From an uncultured Bacillales bacterium (lineage in GTDB: Bacteria > Bacillota_I > Bacilli_A > RFN20 > CAG-826), in assembly GCA_937902735.1 (NCBI GenBank), contig CALELS010000013.1, positions 204,321 through 268,320 on the forward strand: a stretch of 64,000 nucleotides of DNA, read 5' to 3'. The notes below the pieces were generated by a model. The model did no database searches. It was not told the DNA's origin and worked only from the letters and a program-made list of their open reading frames with translations. Position 1 is the first letter of the stretch, and each line of letters begins with the position of its first letter. This document shows, piece after piece, positions 56,981 to 64,000 of the stretch. The translations under genes were made by a program, and so were the position numbers.

Positions 56981-57824
56981 TTTCAAATCAAACAAACCAC
57001 TTTTATATTTAGTTGCTACTCCAATTGGCAATTTGGATGATATTTCTACTCGCTTCATGAAAGTAATGGAAGAAGTGGATATTGTCGCTTGCGAAGATAC
57101 AAGAGTAACAGGTAATTTGTTATCTCATTTAGGTTTGAAGAAGCAATTAATTTCATTACATGAACACAACGAAATAGAATCCAGTGAAAAAGTAGTTAAA
57201 TTAATATTATCAGGTAAAAAAGCCGCATATGTTTCTGATGCTGGATATCCATGCATTTCTGATCCTGGTTCAAGACTTGTAGAAATAGCCATTAAAAATG
57301 AAATTAATGTTACTTGCATTCCAGGCGCAAACGCCGCTTTAACTGCTCTTGCAGCAAGTGGTATTAACTCAGAACATTTCTATTTTCATGGTTTTTTAAG
57401 TGCTAAAGAAAATGAAAAGATTAAAGAATTAAAATATTTAGAATCTCGTCCAGAGACATTAATCTTTTACGAAGCACCACACAGAATTAAGAAAACACTT
57501 GAGCTCTTATATAAAATTTTAGGAAATCGTCAAATTTGTATTGCTCGCGAATTAACAAAAATTCATGAAGAATATATAAGAGGAACACTTGATCATATCG
57601 TCTTCATCAATGAGGAAACACTTAAAGGTGAAATGGTTCTTGTTGTCGAAGGAAAGAAAGAAGATAAAGTAATTTCAATTGATGATTTTTCGTTGGTTGA
57701 TATGGTTAAAAAGAATATTGAAAACGGTCTATCTACAAAAGACGCAATAAAAAATGTTGCTCAGGCAACATCTATTTCTAAGAACTATATTTATAACCTT
57801 TATTCTAAACAAAATCAGAATTAA
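56967..57824 (+). CDS. rsmI: 16S rRNA (cytidine1402-2'-O)-methyltransferase
   Basis: LYLVATPIGNLDDIS, ACEDTR, SDAGYPCISDPG and ARELTKIHEE. Confidence 0.9.
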   Translation: MRDLNFKSNKPLLYLVATPIGNLDDISTRFMKVMEEVDIVACEDTRVTGNLLSHLGLKKQLISLHEHNEIESSEKVVKLILSGKKAAYVSDAGYPCISDPGSRLVEIAIKNEINVTCIPGANAALTALAASGINSEHFYFHGFLSAKENEKIKELKYLESRPETLIFYEAPHRIKKTLELLYKILGNRQICIARELTKIHEEYIRGTLDHIVFINEETLKGEMVLVVEGKKEDKVISIDDFSLVDMVKKNIENGLSTKDAIKNVAQATSISKNYIYNLYSKQNQN

Positions 57825-58747
57825 TTCTTAAGGTGCATAAAATCCTTAAACTCTTTAGGCATTGGAGCAACAAACTTCATTGTCTTTTTTGTTATAGGAT
57901 GGATAAACGAAAGACAATAAGAATGAAGACCCAATCTATTTAACGGGTTTGAAGGTTCACCATATTTATCGTCTCCAATAACATAATGACCTCGATGACC
58001 TAATTGAACTCTAATTTGATTCTTTCTACCTGTTTCAATATCAATATCAAGTAATGAATAATTTTTGTTCGATTTAATTAATACATAATTAGTAATACAT
58101 TTTTTTGCATCACTTTTAGTTTTAGAAACATACATAAGGTTTAAAGAATTTTCTTTTAGATAATCAACAAATCTATCTTGTTCTTTTTCCATAACACCTT
58201 CAACAATAGCATAATAGCCTCTTTTAGTAACTATTTCTGCCCAATTTTTCTGCAACAAGTCCCTTATTTTCTCGTTTTTAGCAAAGCAAAGAACTCCTGA
58301 TGTATCTTCATCTAAACGATGGACAACATAAATTCTTTCGTGCTTATCAAATTGTCTTATATAGTCAGTGACTAAGCGATAGGCTGTTCTTCCCTTTTCA
58401 TTATCTGAGGCAACAGAAAGTAATCCACTAGGTTTGTTAATAACTATTAATTCTTTATCTTCGTATATGATTGGCAAATCTTTTCTTTCTCTTTTAGCAA
58501 TTCTGTTTTTAGAAACAATTACTACGTCATCTTTTACTAATTTAAAATTATATTGACTGATTGGAGCTCCATCGACAGCTACTTGATGATTTGAAAGTAA
58601 AGATTTAACGGCATTTCTTGATAAATGTGGATATTTAGAAATTAAAAAAGAAAGCAATTCAGCACTTTCGTGAACCTTAAATTCCTTTATGGAATTAGGA
58701 TTAACTTTTCCTTTATTGATATTTGCTTTCTTATCGTTTTTATTCAT
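57821..58747 (-). CDS. RluA-family pseudouridine synthase with N-terminal S4 domain
   Basis: Catalytic motif VHRLDEDTSGVL, plus KNQIRVQL and an S4-like N-terminus. Confidence 0.85.
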   Translation of the reverse strand: MNKNDKKANINKGKVNPNSIKEFKVHESAELLSFLISKYPHLSRNAVKSLLSNHQVAVDGAPISQYNFKLVKDDVVIVSKNRIAKRERKDLPIIYEDKELIVINKPSGLLSVASDNEKGRTAYRLVTDYIRQFDKHERIYVVHRLDEDTSGVLCFAKNEKIRDLLQKNWAEIVTKRGYYAIVEGVMEKEQDRFVDYLKENSLNLMYVSKTKSDAKKCITNYVLIKSNKNYSLLDIDIETGRKNQIRVQLGHRGHYVIGDDKYGEPSNPLNRLGLHSYCLSFIHPITKKTMKFVAPMPKEFKDFMHLKN

Positions 58748-59606
58748 CTTCGTGAGAATATTTAATAATGTCTTTATAACATTCTGGGCGACGGTCTCTA
58801 AAAACTCCCCAGTCTACTCTTTCTGTCGAAATTTCTTTTAAGTCAAATTCGTGGACTCTAAATCCTTCTTCGACTCTATCCATTTCTTCAACGACTTCAC
58901 CATGTTGATCTGCAATAAATGAATATCCTTGGAAAACCATAGAAGATTTACCAGCAAATTCTTTTCCAACTCGATTTGAGGCAAGAACTGGAATTATATT
59001 AGCAGCTGCATGGCCTCTCATAGTGTTTCTCCAGTGTGGCATTGAATCACGAACTAAAACTGGTTCACTTCCAATTGCGGTTGGGAACAAAAGAATCTCT
59101 GCTCCTTTTAAAGTTAATATTCTTGCAGTTTCAGGGAACCATTGATCCCAGCATATACCAATACCAACCTTACCATATTTAGTATTAAAGACTTTATAGC
59201 CAGTATCTCCAGGAGAAAAATAAAATTTTTCTTCATAGCATTCACCAGTAGGAATATGTGTTTTACGATATAAACCTAAATCTTTTCCATCTGCGTCTAA
59301 ACAAACTATAGAATTAAAATAATTCACTCCACACTTTTCAAAGAAGGAAATTGGAAGAACTACATCATATTTTTTCGCAATCTTTTGGAAACGTTTAATA
59401 AGATCAGATGTCTTATAATTTTGGGCGAGAGAGAATTTCTCATAATCTTCAACTTGGCAAAAATATAGACCACTAAAAAGTTCTTGTAAAAGAATGATTT
59501 TTGCACCTGCTTTTGCAGCTTTTTCTACTAAAGACTCGGCTTTTTTAATATTTTCTTCATATGAGTCAGTACAACTCATTTGAGTAATAGCAACTTTAAT
59601 CTTCAT
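58740..59606 (-). CDS. aguB: N-carbamoylputrescine amidase (CN-hydrolase)
   Basis: The nitrilase-superfamily Glu-Lys-Cys triad sits in ILLQELF, YRKTHIP and GIGICWDQWFPE. The size and the C-terminal WGVFRDRRPE block are typical. Confidence 0.85.
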   Translation of the reverse strand: MKIKVAITQMSCTDSYEENIKKAESLVEKAAKAGAKIILLQELFSGLYFCQVEDYEKFSLAQNYKTSDLIKRFQKIAKKYDVVLPISFFEKCGVNYFNSIVCLDADGKDLGLYRKTHIPTGECYEEKFYFSPGDTGYKVFNTKYGKVGIGICWDQWFPETARILTLKGAEILLFPTAIGSEPVLVRDSMPHWRNTMRGHAAANIIPVLASNRVGKEFAGKSSMVFQGYSFIADQHGEVVEEMDRVEEGFRVHEFDLKEISTERVDWGVFRDRRPECYKDIIKYSHEDE

Positions 59607-62226
59607 CTTTATTAAATCCTTTCATATATGGGATTTGCATCGTTATACAATGAATGTTTCCTCCACCAAGAAGTATTTCTTTTGAATAGATTTGAACCAC
59701 TTCTTTGTCTGGATATAGTTTTTGAATTTGCTGTTTTGCAAGAGCATCCTCTTTTACTCCAAACGCTGGAAGAATTACAAATTTATCGCCTTGATAAAAG
59801 TTGATATAAGATGCAGCAAGGCGAGAACCTTCTGGTCTAGCTTTTGCATCATATTTACCTACTTTTATAGTCTTGGATTCTTTCTTTGACATATACATTG
59901 GTTCAGGTAGTTTGATTTTTATAATTTCAAATTTTCTACCCTTAGCATCTTCACTGTCCTTTAAGACTTTATAGGCTGCTCTGCAATAAGCATATTGTGG
60001 ATCTTTTTTATTATCGGTCCACGCTAAAGCAACAACGCCTGGTCTAATAAAACATGCCATGTTATCAACATGTTCATTGGTCTCGTCTTCATAGATACCA
60101 TTTGGTAACCAAATAACCTTAGATACATTCAAGTATGTTTTTAATGTTTCTTCGATTTCATTTTTGGTTAAGTTTGGATTACGACCCTTTGATAAAAGAC
60201 ATGCTTCAGTAGTTAAACATGTTTGTTCTCCATCAACATGAATAGATCCACCTTCTAAAACGAATTCATCAAGATTATATCTTTCAATGTTGAAATATTT
60301 AGCAAAGTTTCTTGTTAATAAATCATCATCTTTGTAATTGGAATAAAGTCCATCAACTTTACCACCCCAAGCATTGAATCTAAAATCAACAATTCTTAGT
60401 TTTTGACCATTGGTCACAAAGATTGGCGAATTATCTCTTGCCCAAGCATCGTTATATTTGATTTTAACTGGAATTACATTTTTAATTCCCGAGAACAAAT
60501 CAATAACATCGTTATAGATTCTAGGAGCAATGCCTACATAGACTGGTTCAAATTTAGCTATAGCTAAAATGACATTTTTATATTCTTTTAACGCTGGTCG
60601 AGCATGATCTCTCCAAGTATCTTGTCTAAATGGTAATAACACAATGGTGCCACTGTGTTTATCTCCTTCAAATGGCATCATATAACCATCTGCTCTAGGA
60701 GAAGAAATACGCTTAGTAAGATAGTCTTCAAGTTTATTCTTATATGTTGAATATCTAACCCATTTATCAACATCAATCACATTAACATTATTAACACCAT
60801 AGTCACTTAAAATAGTAACACCATATTGCGATTTATATTCATTTATGCGGTCAATTAATTCTTTAGTAAAAACCTCTCCAGGGACAATTAAAGGGATTCC
60901 TGGTGGATAAATCATAATTGATTCACGTGAAATTGAATTAACTGCTTCCTCTAAAGGAACCTTTTTGCCAGGGGCATGATAGGCCGCTCTTGGGCGAATA
61001 AGTTGAAATGGAAAATCAACACCAAAAGAGTGTTGTTGATATTCATATGACTTGTTGTAATGCTTCTTTGAAATATCTTTAAGGGCACGAATTAATCTCT
61101 TCATTTGTTTCATATCTGAACCAATAGCTAGAATACCCATAATGACGTATGTTTCGGCAAGTTCAACTTGGATTCCATATTCGTCTTTAAGTAAATGATA
61201 CAAATCAAATCCATTGATATCTAAATGTTCAAGTTTGATAACTAATTTTGTTTCATCGTAGTCATAACAACCTCTCTTTTTAAAGTGGTCTTTATTACAT
61301 GGAACAAATCCATTGATCTTAGCAATTTCTTTTCGAGCGTAAGCACTAAGTTCATGGACATTATCCATATTTTCTTGCCCATGAAGTGCAACATATTTTC
61401 TTGCTGCATCCAAAGATGCAAGAAGAAGTGTTGAAGGAGAAGTTGTATTTAAGATATTTAATGTTTTTTGAAGTTTTGCTGGTTGAATAAGTTCTGACTT
61501 TAGTAAAAGAACAGATGATTGAGTTAAAGAACCACCAGTCTTATGAAATGAAACACTAGCCATATCGGCTTTTGCTTCCATAGCAGAAATTGGACCATGG
61601 TCATCAAAATAATAATGAGCACCATGAGCTTCATCTACTAAAACAGCCATACCACGAGAATGTGCTTCTTTAACTAAACGTTTTAAATCAGTAACTGCAC
61701 CAAAATAAGTAGGATTAATAACAAATATTGCTTTAGCTGATGGATAGTGTTGCATCGCTCGAATGTAATCATCTACTGATGGTTGGTTAGCAATTTCAAG
61801 TTCAGCATCAACTCTTGGCATAATGTATTCAGGAATAGCACCAGAAAGAATCAAAGCATTAGCTATGGACTTATGAACATTTCTTGGAAGGATGATTCTT
61901 TCATTAGCTCTACAAGCAGTCATAATCATCGCAATAATGCCACTTGTTGTGCCATTAATGAGAAAATATGCATGATCTGCTCCACACATATCTGCCATTA
62001 ACCTTTGAGCTTCAAGAAGAACTCCATGTGGATTAGAAAGGTTATCCATTCCGATTGGAGCATTAACATCACAAAGATATGTTTTACCTCCAAGGAATTC
62101 CTTAAAATCATTTGCAACATTGCCCATATGATGTCCTGGAACATCTAGTGGTAAAATATTGCCACTTACATATTCTTTAAGAGCATCCAAGTATGGGGTT
62201 CTATTCTGGTTCAATTGTTTTTTCAT
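59596..62226 (-). CDS. Fusion protein: PLP-dependent arginine (Orn/Lys/Arg family) decarboxylase + agmatine deiminase
   Basis: In track numbering, residues 14 to about 505 carry PLDVPGHHMG, INGTTSG, DEAHGAH and SFHKTGG (PLP Lys242). Residues from about 520 to 889 carry GYMMPFEGDKH, WRD, AWARDNSPIF, EGGSIHVDG, HVDNM, SYINFY and GGGNIHCITMQ (Cys873). One uninterrupted ORF; the start is set at the ATG at 62226. Confidence 0.85.
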   Translation of the reverse strand: MKKQLNQNRTPYLDALKEYVSGNILPLDVPGHHMGNVANDFKEFLGGKTYLCDVNAPIGMDNLSNPHGVLLEAQRLMADMCGADHAYFLINGTTSGIIAMIMTACRANERIILPRNVHKSIANALILSGAIPEYIMPRVDAELEIANQPSVDDYIRAMQHYPSAKAIFVINPTYFGAVTDLKRLVKEAHSRGMAVLVDEAHGAHYYFDDHGPISAMEAKADMASVSFHKTGGSLTQSSVLLLKSELIQPAKLQKTLNILNTTSPSTLLLASLDAARKYVALHGQENMDNVHELSAYARKEIAKINGFVPCNKDHFKKRGCYDYDETKLVIKLEHLDINGFDLYHLLKDEYGIQVELAETYVIMGILAIGSDMKQMKRLIRALKDISKKHYNKSYEYQQHSFGVDFPFQLIRPRAAYHAPGKKVPLEEAVNSISRESIMIYPPGIPLIVPGEVFTKELIDRINEYKSQYGVTILSDYGVNNVNVIDVDKWVRYSTYKNKLEDYLTKRISSPRADGYMMPFEGDKHSGTIVLLPFRQDTWRDHARPALKEYKNVILAIAKFEPVYVGIAPRIYNDVIDLFSGIKNVIPVKIKYNDAWARDNSPIFVTNGQKLRIVDFRFNAWGGKVDGLYSNYKDDDLLTRNFAKYFNIERYNLDEFVLEGGSIHVDGEQTCLTTEACLLSKGRNPNLTKNEIEETLKTYLNVSKVIWLPNGIYEDETNEHVDNMACFIRPGVVALAWTDNKKDPQYAYCRAAYKVLKDSEDAKGRKFEIIKIKLPEPMYMSKKESKTIKVGKYDAKARPEGSRLAASYINFYQGDKFVILPAFGVKEDALAKQQIQKLYPDKEVVQIYSKEILLGGGNIHCITMQIPYMKGFNKDED

Positions 62227-62251
62227 AGCGATTATTTTACTTTGTAAATAT

Positions 62252-63175
62252 TTATTTTTCAACACTCACATGTCGAAGAATAAAATCAATGATTTTATCA
62301 TTACAAACTTGTCCTTCTTTATCAAAAACAAAGTGATTGTAAACATGATCAATTTTTTTATCTGGCGATTCACAAACGTAATATTCTAATGGATATTTTA
62401 AGGATGAATGTTCACGATTTAATAATTCGGATTGGCTTTTAAAATAATCATGTAGTGAGGTATTTATAAACATTGGAGTTAAGTCTAAATCTTTTTTAAT
62501 GTAGTAACGAGGCGATAGTTTCATCAAATATTCATCATTCCTATATTCTTTTGTGAACATATCTTTGATGAGGCTCTTCTTAAGCATTTTTAAAGAACCA
62601 TCTCTTAAAGGAATTAAATCGTACATTGGTGAATCAAGCGAATAGCAAGAAATTTTAATATCGGGCAATTTCTTAATTTTAAAGAAATTTTGAGCTTCCT
62701 TATCATGATAAATAATGTTGGTTAGCAGTGCTAAATGACCACCAGCGCTATCACCCATAATAGCAAATTTTTCGGTATTTATTTTGTAATATACACGGTT
62801 TTTTCTTATAAAATCTAAAGCTAAAAACACATCATGAACCTGATTCATAATCGAAATGTCTTCTTTATGATTTGCAAGTCTATAATTCATGGCAATAACA
62901 TTAAATCCTTTACTTACAAAATATGATGTAAAAATTGCTGAACTCTCTTTATATCCGTAAATGTAGGATCCACCATGAATATATAAAATTGTGATTCCAT
63001 TACCACCAGTAGCAGGATATATAATATCCAATTTATGTTCTTTTAAATCATCTTCGAAATAAGAAACATCTGCTCTTGTATTTGTAACTCCAAATGTGCG
63101 TAAACCAGCAAGTCTTTTCTTGTCGTTTTTTCGCATTAAGTTTATATATAGTTTTCTGCCGACTTTAAAAACCAT
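62252..63175 (-). CDS. Alpha/beta-hydrolase fold esterase/lipase
   Basis: Oxyanion-hole motif HGGSYIYG and nucleophile elbow GDSAGG. Confidence 0.75.
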   Translation of the reverse strand: MVFKVGRKLYINLMRKNDKKRLAGLRTFGVTNTRADVSYFEDDLKEHKLDIIYPATGGNGITILYIHGGSYIYGYKESSAIFTSYFVSKGFNVIAMNYRLANHKEDISIMNQVHDVFLALDFIRKNRVYYKINTEKFAIMGDSAGGHLALLTNIIYHDKEAQNFFKIKKLPDIKISCYSLDSPMYDLIPLRDGSLKMLKKSLIKDMFTKEYRNDEYLMKLSPRYYIKKDLDLTPMFINTSLHDYFKSQSELLNREHSSLKYPLEYYVCESPDKKIDHVYNHFVFDKEGQVCNDKIIDFILRHVSVEK

Positions 63176-63210
63176 ATTAATAGGTTAGCATAAATGCTAT
63201 CTAGAAAATA

Positions 63211-63999
63211 TTATTTTTGTGTTAGAGATTGAATATATGCTGTCTCAACTTTTACATCAAGACGTGGGAACAATGGTTCACCTTTAATAACTTTATTACC
63301 TGCAAATGGACAAAATTTGTAAACATAATTATATGTTTTTTGTTCTTCAGTTAAACCAAATAAATCATAGACTTTATCAATTGTTTCAACCAAAGCAGGA
63401 GACATAAGTTTTGCTCCAGTAACAATTGAATTTACTAATACAGCCATTACATTGCCAAGCTCATCAATCTTACCTTCTTTAGCAAGATTCCAAGGTTGAG
63501 ATTCTTCAATAAATTTATTAGCAATATTTAATAATTCAGTTGCTTCAGTTAAACCTTCTGTAACTTTCAGATCATCAAGATAGTTTTCATAGGCTTTAAC
63601 AATCTTGTTTGTCTCATGTTCGATATCTTTAATACGTTGTGATGGATTTTTAAGTTCAGGTACAACCCCATCAAAATATTTAATAACCATTGCACAAGTC
63701 CTGTTAATTAGGTTTCCAAGATTGTTAGCAAGGTCATTATTAATTCTTTCAACAAATAGTTCAGGAGTAAATCTTCCATCACTACCGAAAGAGAATTCGC
63801 GAGCAAGATACCATCTAACAGTGTCTACACCATATCGTTCAATTAAAGGGAATGGTGAAACAACGTTTCCACGAGACTTTGACATCTTTTCACCATTTAA
63901 ATCTAATAGGCCGTGAACAAAAACACGATTAGGAAGTCTAAGTCCTAGTCCCATTAAAAACATTGGCCAATAGATGACGTGAAAACGTGAAATATCTGC
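63211..63999 (-). CDS. metG: Methionyl-tRNA synthetase, C-terminal part (N-terminus outside window)
   Basis: The frame stays open beyond the track start to the window edge ([17 protein letters not shown]). It has the KMSKS motif and the anticodon-binding helical domain, but no appended EMAP/Trbp-like C-terminal domain. Confidence 0.9.
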   Translation of the reverse strand, partial: ADISRFHVIYWPMFLMGLGLRLPNRVFVHGLLDLNGEKMSKSRGNVVSPFPLIERYGVDTVRWYLAREFSFGSDGRFTPELFVERINNDLANNLGNLINRTCAMVIKYFDGVVPELKNPSQRIKDIEHETNKIVKAYENYLDDLKVTEGLTEATELLNIANKFIEESQPWNLAKEGKIDELGNVMAVLVNSIVTGAKLMSPALVETIDKVYDLFGLTEEQKTYNYVYKFCPFAGNKVIKGEPLFPRLDVKVETAYIQSLTQK

Positions 64000-64000
64000 G

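Noticed and set aside
1-64000. CRISPR arrays, rRNA genes, IS elements, restriction-modification, toxin-antitoxin or other defence modules
   Set aside because: No spaced direct repeats were seen. No ORF carries transposase, integrase, nuclease-methylase, Cas, reverse-transcriptase or STAND/AAA-defence hallmarks. The AAA+/helicase proteins present (RarA, ComFA, UvrB, SecA, DnaX, HolB) are all standard housekeeping genes in conserved contexts.

Overview
This is an AT-rich, very gene-dense chromosomal segment with about 60 protein genes and one tRNA. Many genes overlap or abut, and some convergent pairs share their stop codons. Gene content and order are typical of a low-GC Bacillota-type organism with a compact genome: secA-prfB, prfA-prmC-tsaC-rpiB, dnaX-ybaB-recR-tmk-holB-ricT-rsmI, comFA-comFC, glnA-glmS, thyA-folA, folD, uvrB and metG. 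UGA is a stop codon, because prfB carries the classical CUU UGA C +1 frameshift site. Most of the window is housekeeping. Four parts are less ordinary. (i) A 12-gene block at 13.8-25.4 kb contains ten membrane proteins or lipoproteins. One is a lipobox-anchored member of the agmatine deiminase / Porphyromonas-type peptidylarginine deiminase family. (ii) An arginine-to-putrescine module at 58.7-62.2 kb fuses a PLP arginine decarboxylase and an agmatine deiminase into one polypeptide of about 876 aa, followed by N-carbamoylputrescine amidase. (iii) An ECF sigma factor is paired with a putative anti-sigma protein whose extracytoplasmic part ends in a His/Asp/Trp-rich tail. (iv) Several start codons sit 6-10 nt behind a TATAAT-like box with no Shine-Dalgarno sequence, which suggests leaderless mRNAs. 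These include the divergent prfA and dnaX starts. I found no rRNA, CRISPR array, transposase, integrase, phage structural gene or recognisable defence system. I cannot point with confidence to a clearly novel multi-gene system, so the candidates are ranked in the findings. All family assignments come from reading motifs in the translated ORFs, not from database searches.
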